Assembly: GCF_037042905.1 (NCBI RefSeq)
Contig: NC_087245.1
Location: 16,618,001-16,682,000 of the forward strand
Reading direction: 5' to 3'
From: Lytechinus pictus
Lineage: Eukaryota
Length of the DNA stretch: 64,000 nucleotides
Position 1 is the stretch's first letter. Each line of letters begins with the position of its first letter. The notes under the pieces are model-generated. The model searched no databases. It was not told the origin of the DNA and saw only the letters and a program-made list of their open reading frames with translations. The position numbers and the translations under genes are program-made. Below, piece after piece: positions 51,791 to 63,330 of the stretch.

Positions 51791-54700
51791 TTGTTGAGTT
51801 TTCCATTATTTATAAATAATGATTATTTGTTAAATAATGAAAACGTCTACTTCATTATTTATAAATAATTTTTTCGAGTGCACCATTATTATCATTATTT
51901 ATAAATAATCATTATTTAATGTTCGAGTTTTCCATTATTTATAAATAAAGATTATTTGTTAAATAATGAAATATCTACTTCATTATTTATAAATAATAAT
52001 TTTGTTTCAATATCCCATTATTTATAAATAATCATTATTTATAAACAATTTTTACAGTTTGCCATTATATACAAATAATCATTATTTATATACAAATAAC
52101 CATTATTTATTAAATAATGCCATTATTTATTAAATAATGCCATTATTTATTAAATAATGGAAAACTCGCTATAACATGCAAATGTGGGACCGCCCATGAT
52201 ATGAATATTCATGATGCGATTTCCTTTTTCGTGATTTTTCTTCACAAATTTTTGTCCATTTCCTCTTCATAATGACATTTCTTGAAGCAATTTTCTAGGG
52301 ATATGGTCTGATTGTAATATTCTTCATTTTCTATATAACTTCGTCTTCGTAGAAATATCAAAAAGTGTAATTTTATACGATTTTTCCTACAGTTCACAAT
52401 CCCCATAGGCGCGCGTGTACGGTAGGGACAACCGGTGAATCGACGGAGTGCTCTTCATCGAAATACTACGTTGGTTGGTCCCCGGAAGTGGCGGGCGGAA
52501 TTTAGCCCGAATCCTCGATGGAAGTCGATCAAGTGCATATGAGCTGAGAGAGTGAAATATCAGTGTACTTGTACAGGCCCTTCTACTTTTTATAAATATT
52601 TCTTGTTGCTTTTTTTGTTAAGTTAATTTTTCCTGGTGTAGAGATAAGTTTCAGTTCTAATAATGCACTTCAAATACATTTTGGAGTGTCTGTTTGAGGC
52701 GTTTGGGGCGATTTCACCCTAGCCCCAAAATGCTCGCAACGACAATACGGGGGCATGATGACCCCTAAATTTTTAAAAACTTATTTTTCTATTGAAAATT
52801 ATCACAAAATTCACCAAAAGTGTGCACGAAAGCCTTCGTATTTCACTTTTAAAACTCCAAAAAGTGCCCAAATGACAAGCTTGGTCGCTTCGCTGTGTCG
52901 CTTTCAACTTGAGAACGTTTACGCGTCTGCTTCCCCCCCCCCCCCCCCCTCCTGCGAAAGAAATTCTGTATACGGCCATGCTCTAAAGAGCCTGGCACAT
53001 TGATTTATGTATACTTTCATTTTCATTATTTTTATCTCATTATCAACATGGCCTTACGCAGAATTTTTTACAGGGGGGCCGGGGCCGGAGCATGACGCGC
53101 GTAAACTTTCTCAAAAAAATCTTGAAAGCGAGACAGCCACGGGACCAAGCCCAAATGACAAGCTTGGTCGCTTCGCTGTCTCGCTTTCAACTTGAGAACG
53201 TTTACGCGCGTCTGCCCCCACCCCCCGAAAGAAATTATGTGAACGGCCATGCCCAAAAGAGCATATGGCACATTGATTTATATGTACTTTTCATTTTCAT
53301 TATTTTTATCACATTATCATCATGGCCTTACACAGAATTTTTACCGGGGGGGGGGGGGGGGAGCAGCTAGGACGCGCGTAAAGTTTCTCAAAAAAATCTT
53401 GAAAGCGAGACAGCGACGCGACCAAGCTCAAATGACAAGCTTGGTCGCTTTGCTTTTTCAAGATTTTTATGAGAAAGTTTACGCGCGTCCTGCTCCCCCC
53501 ACCCCCCCCCCCCCCCCGGAAAAAATTCTGCGTAAGGCCATGATGATAATGAGATAAAAATAATGAAAATGAAGTATACATAAATCAATGTGCCAGGCTC
53601 TTTAGAGCATGGCCGTATACAGAATTTCTTTCGGAGGAGGGGGGGGGGGGGGAAGCAGACGCGTAAACGTTCTCAAGTTGAAAGCGACACAGCGAAGCGA
53701 CCAAGCTTGTCATTTGGGCACTTTTTGGAGTTTTAAAAGTGAAATACAAAGGCTTTCGTGCACACTTTTGGTGAATTTTGTGATAATTTTCAATAGAAAA
53801 ATAAGTTTTAAAAAATTTAGGGGTCATCATGCCCCCGTATTGTCGTTGCGAGCATTTTGGGGCTAGGGTGAAATCGCCCCAAACGCCTCAAACAGACACT
53901 CCAAAATGTATTTGAAGTGCATTATTAGAACTGAAACTTATCTCTACACCAGGAAAAATTAACTTAACAAAAAAAGCAACAAGAAATATTTATAAAAAGT
54001 AGAAGGGCCTGTACAAGTACACTGATATTTCACTCTCTCAGCTCATATGCACTTGATCGACTTCCATCGAGGATTCGGGCTAAATTCCGCCCGCCACTTC
54101 CGGGGACCAACCAACGTAGTATTTCGATGAAGAGCACTCCGTCGATTCACCGGTTGTCCCTACCGTACACGCGCGCCTATGGGGATTGTGAACTGTAGGA
54201 AAAATCGTATAAAATTACACTTTTTGATATTTCTACGAAGACGAAGTTATATAGAAAATGAAGAATATTACAATCAGACCATATCCCTAGAAAATTGCTT
54301 CAAGAAATGTCATTATGAAGAGGAAATGGACAAAAATTTGTGAAGAAAAATCACGAAAAAGGAAATCGCATCATGAATATTCATATCATGGGCGGTCCCA
54401 CATTTGCATGTTATAGCGAGTTTTCCATTATTTAATAAATAATGGCATTATTTAATAAATAATGGCATTATTTAATAAATAATGGTTATTTGTATATAAA
54501 TAATGATTATTTGTATATAATGGCAAACTGTAAAAATTGTTTATAAATAATGATTATTTATAAATAATGGGATATTGAAACAAAATTATTATTTATAAAT
54601 AATGAAGTAGATATTTCATTATTTAACAAATAATCTTTATTTATAAATAATGGAAAACTCGAACATTAAATAATGATTATTTATAAATAATGAGAATAAT

Positions 54701-54794
54701 GGTGCACTCGAAAAAATTATTTATAAATAATGAAGTAGACGTTTTCATTATTTAACAAATAATCATTATTTATAAATAATGGAAAACTCAACAA

Positions 54795-55061
54795 ATTATT
54801 TATAAATAATGAAAAACAAATAATCATTATTTATAAATAATGAAAAACAAATAATCATTATTTGTAAATAATGAAAAACAAATAATCATTATTTATAAAT
54901 AATGAAAAACAAATAATCATTATTTATAAATAATGAAAAACAAATAATCATTATTTGTAAATAATGAAAAACAAATAATCATTATTTATAAATAATGAAA
55001 AACAAATAATCATTATTTATAAATAATGAAAAACAAATAATCATTATTTATAAATAATGGA
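54795..55061 (-). repeat. 31-bp tandem repeat, right foldback arm (8 units plus a partial)
   Basis: Reverse complement of the left-arm array. Confidence 0.95.
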
Positions 55062-57633
55062 ATGTCGAACTATTATTATTTACAAATAATGAAGTATTAC
55101 TTGGAATTATATATAAATAATTAGAAATGATATTTTATATAATAGTAGTTATTTACAAATAAAATGTAAATTATATATAAATAATAGTTATTATTTAATA
55201 AATAATGATTATATAACAAATAATTGTTCTATATAATATTGGTACATTCGGCGCCTCATACAGCACCACCTGGAAATCTGGCAGGTATGATAGATGAAAG
55301 AAATGTAATGACATTGAACGACGTTTTTTTAGGAACCCTCCGCCAACTTCAGAATTTTCCTACTGCTTAAAATAGTGCTTAAATTCACCCTTTTTCAGAT
55401 CGGAATATTAAATATTTTCAGCTCGTTCTCCGCGCTCGCATTATTGATTTTCATAATTAAAAAATGTATTTAGAATGCCTATACCTATCCTGTTCATGAT
55501 TACAAAAAGTGTTTAGAATGTCCAGTTTTTAGGTCGGAATGTAACATATTTTAACTTGTGCTTTGATTGTTGAGATATGTATCGTCTTCATGGTCCTTAT
55601 AAAAGGTCCCTTTTCGATCAGGCCAGAAGGTATATCAAAAATGTATTTGTTACATACACATCTTTGTTTAGAATCACAAACATTGCTCAAAATGTTCAAT
55701 TTTCCTGAACCTCGAGAAAAGCGGGGAACCACCCTAAATAATCAATGTTTACTTTCCGTGCTTCTCATGGCAGTTGAAATTTTCCGTGTTCAAAAAGCAG
55801 TTCACCGTGCATGCCGTGTTATGAACGTCGAAATCATGATATATTTATTTATTCATTCATTTATTAGAAAATATTTATACAGGATAAATATATCAGATCT
55901 ATTGCTGTTTTACATCATTGTCCTGAAAGATTAAAAACACATAAAGTTACAATATTATGATAATGATAATACTAATAATGGTCTTTATCAAGCATCAGAA
56001 CATTCTTGGCAGCCAATGGCTGGATTACAAATGTTTTTAACACGGTCAAAAGATTCACATATAAATTTGATAGAACAGTGTACTACAAAATATACAAAAT
56101 ACAATATATTTTTATATACATATGAAATATAATTAATCAATATACACAAAAAAGGGCGAACTCCATCCAACCTTGCAAAGATATCTAGAAAAAGGGAAAC
56201 ATTTGATTGGTGGTACGGTATGAGGTTGATTAAGCAGTTTGAAAAACAAAGATATTAAACTGACAAAGGAGAACAAAAGCGTAACAATGGGCACAGTAAA
56301 TGGGATTGTTGGTAATTGGATTAAAATGGGGGTAAATAAAACGGTATAAAGATACAAAAGGCTCTTTGCAAAGCTGAATGGAGCACTGAACTAAAGTATG
56401 AGACATTGTTCGAAACTTTAAACTAAACTCAAAACGTAATCAAAAAGACCCATGCAGCCGGCCCCAGCAACAGGCTGATCCGAATGAATAGAGAAAAGAG
56501 AAAGAAGCATGATGTTGGATATCCCAACGGTTTCCACTCTATGATGGAAAATACATTTAAATGTATATATAAAAAAAGAAGTATCCACACATGGATATTA
56601 CCCGCATCACTAGTCCGCTGGTCAGATTTTCCTCCCTGATTATATACATGATGAAGCTGCACGATCTGGTGGCGAAGTTAACACGGAAGCATGTCGGTGT
56701 CATCAAGGAGCCACACGGTGTCATTGCGTTTGAAGTACAGAAGCTGAACCCAGGTGTCATTTCGACATCACACTTTGAGAAATTTAGGCATTGTTCAGAT
56801 GTTCAGGATGTGACTACCTCATCCAATGTGACTCCATTTTCCAAAATACCTCTGCCGGCTTTGCGTCAAGTCTTATCCAAGTTAAATTATGTTTGTTCTT
56901 TTTAATCAAAATGAAAAGGGTTCATTTATCTAAAGATTATTGAAAATAATGATTTATATAACTATAACTATTTTAGTAAAAGATGATATAAATAAAGAAA
57001 AAAAATGAGTTAATGATATTTTTTTTCTATTCGCTTGTTTGTGATTTTTTTTTTGGGGGTGGCGAATTTATTCTAAGATGAAATTTTAAATAAAACTGTA
57101 TTTTGGAAAGAGAAAATGCTCCCATGCCGAACTGATAATTTGGGTAGGCGTGTGTGTGTGTGTGGATGAGGAACACCTTTTGCCAACTTATCAATAACCA
57201 CATATAATTTCTTTGGCGATATGTGAAAAAGGATGGGAAATTCAAAAGTAGACACCCTGTCCTCCTTTTCTGACCTAAATTCTGATTTACGACCTGGATA
57301 TCATTACGTAACAAAACAAACACAAACAATAAACTTGCCCAAACTTAAATTGAAATGACTATTTTATCACACTCAAATAATGTTCTTTCATTTGCTATAT
57401 ATATACATTACATTTCTTTCAAGCAAATGAGATGTTTTGCATTTTCTTCAAATAATATATTTCGTTTGGCACATATCACAACGATATCAAAGTAAACTCC
57501 TTCATTCATTCATTTCTAGAAAATTCCAATACAAAATTTATGTCACTCAAAGTTAATTTATAGTCATGTTCATGTGTTGACATCCACAATCAACTTTCCG
57601 ATAATTAGGCAACCCCAAATTTCTAAGGTTTAA

Positions 57634-58568
57634 GGACGTTCCACAGTTATGTTTGTGCGCATTATGATCTGCGCATATTTTACACTCTGCGCGCTGACGT
57701 CGCAATGAATGAACAGGTGATTAATTAGCTGCAGGTTTGAGCTGATTTTTTTCATCTTCTGCACTTTAACTGCAGATCCTATGTGTTATTTCTTGAAACT
57801 AAAAAATGGAATTATTCCATGGACCATTCAAAAAAAATTCTCTACAATTTCAAAATACTTTACTCTGCAGTGCTGCCAAGAATCACGAATATTACCCCGA
57901 GTTTAAATAAATGGTAGAGTGGTTTTGATTTTTTCTTCACATAGATACAAAGCATTCGGCGCATTTTTGGTGTTTTAAAAAGCACATTTGCTCTAATAAA
58001 AATTCTGATAGTTTAAAAACAAGCACATGAACCCCTATTTTTTAATGTTTGTACCTTTTAGGTATACCTTCCTCTACAACTCTGCAAATTTTGGTGAAAA
58101 TGACATGGATTTTGAATAAAGTGCAGCATATATTGTACGTTTGTAGTTTGTTACTGAAATTTCAAATTTTTTAGATTGGGATTTTGTTATCTTATACGCC
58201 ATTTTTAAGAACTGGCAGTGCTGTTAAACCTAAAATTGCAAACAAATAGCACTATAAATAGATTCTCCATTCTAACGATACAATTATTAACTCTCTTGCG
58301 AAATTTGATGACTTTTTCATGTATTTTGAATGAGTATTGGAGGTTTAAACTCATTGTAGTAATCTTGGGCGGTCTAAAAATGCCAAATTCTTTTGAATGC
58401 GCAATTCTTAAGAACATCAATTTGGGTGAACTTTGAAGCTCTGTAGCAAAAAATCAAGCACATGGACCTATGTTAATTTTTGCATATTTCGAATATTAAG
58501 GGTCTAAAGTATCTATGAGCAAAGTTTGGTGAAAATGACATGGATTTCACTTTAACTGTGGAACGTCC
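57634..58568. mobile_element. Kolobok-type non-autonomous element (TTAA TSD)
   Basis: TTAA|GGACGTTCCACAGTTA ... TAACTGTGGAACGTCC|TTAA perfect 16-bp TIR; absent from the paralogous 3' flank of RDH copy 1. Confidence 0.88.
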
Positions 58569-58997
58569 TTAAAATGAATAGGTCTTGATTAGATTTGGAA
58601 ATATTTTGTTTAAAAGGGATATTTATAAACATCAATTATATAATTTATATTTAATTCAATTCAATGTTCTTTTTAATCGCATAGAAATATGCACAAGTCT
58701 GTACAGACATAAAACACAATATTTTACATTCAACAAAATAATAATTGAAATAAAAAAATGTAATATACATGCAGGACAAAAGGAGGAAAATGGTGGGCTA
58801 ACTTGAATTTGAATGAAAGAATGCATGATTTCAATGATTACGGTGGGGTAGGCATTGGAACTATCCAGGCACACATATTTTCTTTTGATTATGGAGCTTT
58901 AGAAGTATTACACCTTCACCGAAAAGGGGGACAATTGAAATATTTCATTCATAACAAATAAAAAGTACATATAGAAATTAAAATGAGACGGAAAACC

Positions 58998-59205
58998 TTA
59001 TTCTGGTAAGATATTAGGGTCGACGCCAGTCGCCTTGCAGGTGATATCCCAAAGTTGTTTGGCAACTTGCTCGTCTTCAGCCAACTTAGACTCCTTTCCC
59101 AGGCTACAGTTTGTGAAGTATCCACCAGAAAGGTGTGTGATCGATTCGTCTACAGCACAGTAGATAGTTGTTTGGGCGCCATCCTTCTCATTTAGCAATA
59201 AGAGT
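58998..59205 (-). CDS. RDH-like SDR, copy 2, exon 5 (last)
   Basis: LLLLNEKDGAQTTIYCAVDESITHLSGGYFTNC...PE*; paralogous to 42866-43070. Confidence 0.92.
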
Positions 59206-59978
59206 CTGAGCAGTAAGGATAGTTGTATTTGTAAGGATATTTTGGGGTTTAGGATAGAAATAATCAAATTGACATCTCCATGATGAAATAAAACGATTAT
59301 GTAGATCTAACGTGGACTGAAGACGATATCAAATAAAAGAGTCTAAATTTTCTGCCACACCGGTCTAGTAGTTCCCCATTTGGTGGGGTGCACGGAGGCG
59401 GGGGTGGTGCCTCAATCTAAATAATGCATAAATAAAGTATATAGGCCTACGTGGCGCAGCGGTATTCTGAAGTAATAGCTCCCGGGTTCATACCTTAGTC
59501 TTGACGTGGAAATAATTGTTCTTTTACTGGATTTAAAAGTGAAAGATGGATCATTTCTTTTCACAAGAAAAAGAGCTGTAAGCCCGTTCCTCATTTTATA
59601 CATTAATTTCCTCATTTTAAAAATAATGATTATTAATCAGTGGAGTTAAACTCTTTCATGTGTCTTAAAACTCTATAGTAAAAAAAGGAGAATAAGATGT
59701 CTCATAATCTGGGAAGTGACATTTCAATATTCACAAATCTTTCGCTTATGTAGGGTTATTTGGTAATTTGTCTTCCCCTTTATTTATTCATTGCTTTTCC
59801 CCAATCATTTTCCCATGACCCGTCTGAATTTCATTCGTTCTTCTAGCAAAGGATTTTTTTTTACAGACATATCCATATTTTTTATTTTTATGTTGCAGAG
59901 GAATTAGCCCAAGCTGAATTATAAAGCTTAAGTATGAACAGCCCATTAAAAAAAGAAAAGAAAAGAAAACGAACTCAC

Positions 59979-60186
59979 CTTAAAAGTGGCATTGTCAGTG
60001 ATAAGATATCGCGGAACATTCCGGGCTTTAAACTGACCCTGCTTGACTCCCAGATGTTAGTATATACAGTCCCAAGATTTACCGAATACGCTGTGACACC
60101 AGTCCCCGATAGGCGGCGTGCTAGCACTTTAGTGAAGTGAATATTTGCCAGTTTACTCTGTTTGTAACGATTAAATCCAGATACTC
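59979..60186 (-). CDS. RDH-like SDR, copy 2, exon 4
   Basis: Catalytic YKQSK; same 208-nt length and splice sites as copy 1. Confidence 0.92.
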
Positions 60187-60795
60187 CTGTAAGGATGAAA
60201 TACAATCCTCCTTGTTGATTTAAACGTGCAGTATTATTAACTGATATCGGTAATCATTTTGTAACATCAAAGTACAAACCTATTTTGTAACACACCAAAT
60301 TTGGTATACATGATTAGCAACTGGTTAAGGCGTGCTAAATGTTGTAATAACATTTGTAGGGCATGAATGTCAAACATAACATGTTTTCTCAAATATTGTG
60401 ATCAAAGTAAGAGAGCAATATTGTTGTAATTTTCCCCAAATATTAAGAAGGAAATTGAATATATACTCATCTAAAAAGGGTGGGCCTAAAAGGTAAGATT
60501 AAAAAATAACATGTGGTCCACTCGGTGTGTGTAAAAAACATAATATCCATATATTCGCAAGGACTTTTTTAGAGGGGGGGGGGGGCAGACCCATGATAAG
60601 GGGAAGGAGGTGTAGCTACACTTACATGGATCCACCCTTAAACTCCATCCTCAAATCCATAACAAAACGGTGCTGATAAAATTACCTAATAATCATGATT
60701 CGCGACAGAAATGGGTTAATACATTATCATCATCATAATGTGTATCATTACATGTTTATTATCATCTATTATCCTGATACCCTCATTTTTATTAC

Positions 60796-60996
60796 CTTTG
60801 CCTGATATATCTGTGTAATCAATTTGTTTGATCCTGAGGTGACCGAACGATGATACATTGATGATCCGACTGGGGGCACTCTTCTTAATAAGATTAATCA
60901 ACGACAAAGTTAGCATGAAATGCCCAACGTGATTCGTTGCCATGGTGATATCATAGCCTTCTGGCGTCAGGCCCCGGTCGGAGAAAGTTACCAGTC
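60796..60996 (-). CDS. RDH-like SDR, copy 2, exon 3
   Basis: ATNHVGHFMLT...SAPSRIINVSS; 201 nt. Confidence 0.92.
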
Positions 60997-61387
60997 CTGT
61001 TTGTGTAAGATTGAAATATACATTTAATTAGCAAAAATGAAAAGAAAGATAGGAAGAATGAGAAGAAGAAGGAGGAGGAGGAGAAGAAGACGAAGAAGCT
61101 TGAAGGAAAATATAAAAATGCAACCTCTCTCTCAATGATATAAATTTCCGTGGGCCTACTTGTTAATGCTTGTTGAATTTCTTCCATTTACCCAAATCAG
61201 CTCGAGATGGACTTGGCCTTATAAAATTTCAGGTGTGAAATTCTCAAATGACCCTTCCTTTTCTTCATTCTATGACTTTTTCCTGGAATTTCCACCAAAA
61301 AAAAAAATCTTTCACTTCTAGCTCGAAAACAGACATGTGAAAATTTTTAAGATGCAGCCTATACGATCAATTAAAAAAAAACACAAC

Positions 61388-61630
61388 CTGCATTGTTTAT
61401 GAGAACGTCAAGTCTCTCCTCTTCTTTTAGAATTTCCTCTGCGCACTTTTTGACTGAATTCAAGTCTGATAGGTCTATTTGCTTGAAGATGACATTTTCA
61501 TTGGATGATCTCTTGCGGACATCGGCTACTGCTACTTTTGCTTTGGTCGGGTTGCGACATCCCATGATAACCCTAGCTCCTCGGCTAGCAAGGTCAATAG
61601 CAGTCTCTAGACCAATACCAGCATTGGCAC
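61388..61630 (-). CDS. RDH-like SDR, copy 2, exon 2
   Basis: GANAGIG...LINNAG; 243 nt; donor G|GTTGTG; exon 1 not found in the window. Confidence 0.92.
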
Positions 61631-61949
61631 CTGGAAGATAAGAAAAATCGGTCATTTTTTTTAAAACCGTGAATGATAACTATTTTTTGGAAAGAAAAAA
61701 AAACATAGATGAGAATAAAGATATCATGATGCCTATTTTAACTATAGCCGAGCTTTGGTAGCTGTAACACAGCTGTGATGGTTACCGGGGATGGTTAATG
61801 GGTAAGATGCATAAAAATGCATAAAATGCATTGATGGCGAGCAATTGCTTCAAGCACAAGTAATTGCTAGCCAATTAAAAATCACGCCTCAGCAAATGCT
61901 TAATTTTATATGCATAACCCTTTGCTAGCGCTTGAACCCTGAAAAATTG

Positions 61950-63330
61950 TAATTCTCAAACAATTGATGCTAGCGCGAAGCGCAAGCGGAAAAAAAAGAG
62001 ATTTTGGACCTAAAACGGGACACTCCATTCATGTTTTGTAAGTCATGAATAGGATGGGTGATTAAGTATTTTCCAACATTGATAATGCGAGCGTGAAGCG
62101 CAAGCAGAAAATTATTGATATTCTGATCTGAAACTTGATAATTAAAGCACGTTTTAAATAAAGAACAAGCTGCGTATCTCAATATCAATAAACATGTGTG
62201 CGCATGTTTTAGATTTAGACCTAGAATCAGGGCATTCTGAATACATTGTTTAATCATGAAGATCAATAATGCAAGCTCGAAGCGCGAGCTGAAAGCAATT
62301 TAATATTCTGATCTGAAAAATGATTAATTCATGCACTTCTTCAAGCACTGTGTAGGAAAATTGTGAAGTGAATTTGAACCACACTTAATCGATGATGCGA
62401 GCACGGAGCGCGAGCTGATATTAAAAAAAAAAAATTATTTTGACCTAGGACCGGGACATTCTAAGAAAATTTTGTCATTATATGAAAATGATGACTATCT
62501 TCTTATTATTCCTAAGCGTGAGATGAAACTTGTCGATATTCCATTCAGAAAAAGGTCAATTTAGTTATTAGGAATTCATAAAGATGCTATTTTCTTATTT
62601 ATTAATCTAATATGCTTAATGAGAGCATGTAATTTGTTGATATTAAGATATATATGAAAACTGGACATTTTAAGCATTTTGTAATTATGAATATGACGCA
62701 TGGATTAATATATGTTTAACAATTAAAGCGAGCGCAAATCGCGACCCCAAATTTTTTATAAGCTTAATAATGAAAAGGGGATATTAAGTAGCTTGTCATA
62801 GAATTAAGCTGATAGGCTTACGTTTTTACACTGTCACCTGAAAAGGGATATGTTGAGAACTTTATGGAATACTCGTAGACAATAAGAACTTGGCAAATCA
62901 AATAATGCAACCCCGCAGCGTGAGCTGAAAATGTTGATATTTACACCATAAAACGGACATTTTACAGAGCACTTTAAAAAATCAATTTGTAAATAAAAAA
63001 AATAATGTAAGATCGATATCGGAGCTGAAATATGTTTTGTATATTGACTTCAAAACTTGATATTTTAAGCTCCAGCCTATTGAGCAAGATATGAATCTCA
63101 ACGAACAGTCAATTCGAGCGCGAAGCGAAAGCGAAAATATTATATAGTGACATGACATATTTTTTTTTTTTTTTGGGGGGGGGCAAGCCTTCCCCTCACC
63201 TTATTTTATTCACTCGTCTTCCTCCTCTTATTTTCATCTTCTTTTTCCTCCTCTCTTCCCCCTTTATTTTCTTTCTTTCTTTCCTCTTTTTCTTTGGGCC
63301 CTTCGGGTTTCCCTGGAGATCCGTCTATGT
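61950..63330. mobile_element. Large GCGCGAAGCGCGAGC-subrepeat element in RDH copy 2 intron 1
   Basis: Similarity to copy 1 intron 1 stops at about 61950; the sequence is the reverse complement of the family at 31850-32900; boundaries approximate. Confidence 0.65.

Larger units (their letters stand above)
51232..55260. mobile_element. Giant non-coding foldback transposon (4,029 bp, ~1.9-kb inverted arms, 6-bp TSD)
   Basis: Begins TATGAGGCGCCGAATGTACCAATATTAT and ends ATAATATTGGTACATTCGGCGCCTCATA; CAGCAC duplicated at 51226-51231 and 55261-55266; the empty site (one CAGCAC) is seen in the related repeat at about 31721-31760. Confidence 0.95.

Noticed and set aside
52755..53866. Mirror-image ORFs (MMTPKF..., MAVYRISF...) as a transposase
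   Set aside because: Short, low-complexity, no DDE or DNA-binding motifs; duplicated only because of the palindrome
51232..55260. Palindrome as a long-read chimera artefact
   Set aside because: The exact 6-bp TSD, host repeat continuing on both sides, arm-specific differences and asymmetric centre argue that it is real, though read-level confirmation is still advisable
56591..56905. ORF shared with 41191-41433 as a small conserved gene
   Set aside because: Similarity is explained by the RDH duplication; the copy 1 version is interrupted by a retroposon and there is no known motif
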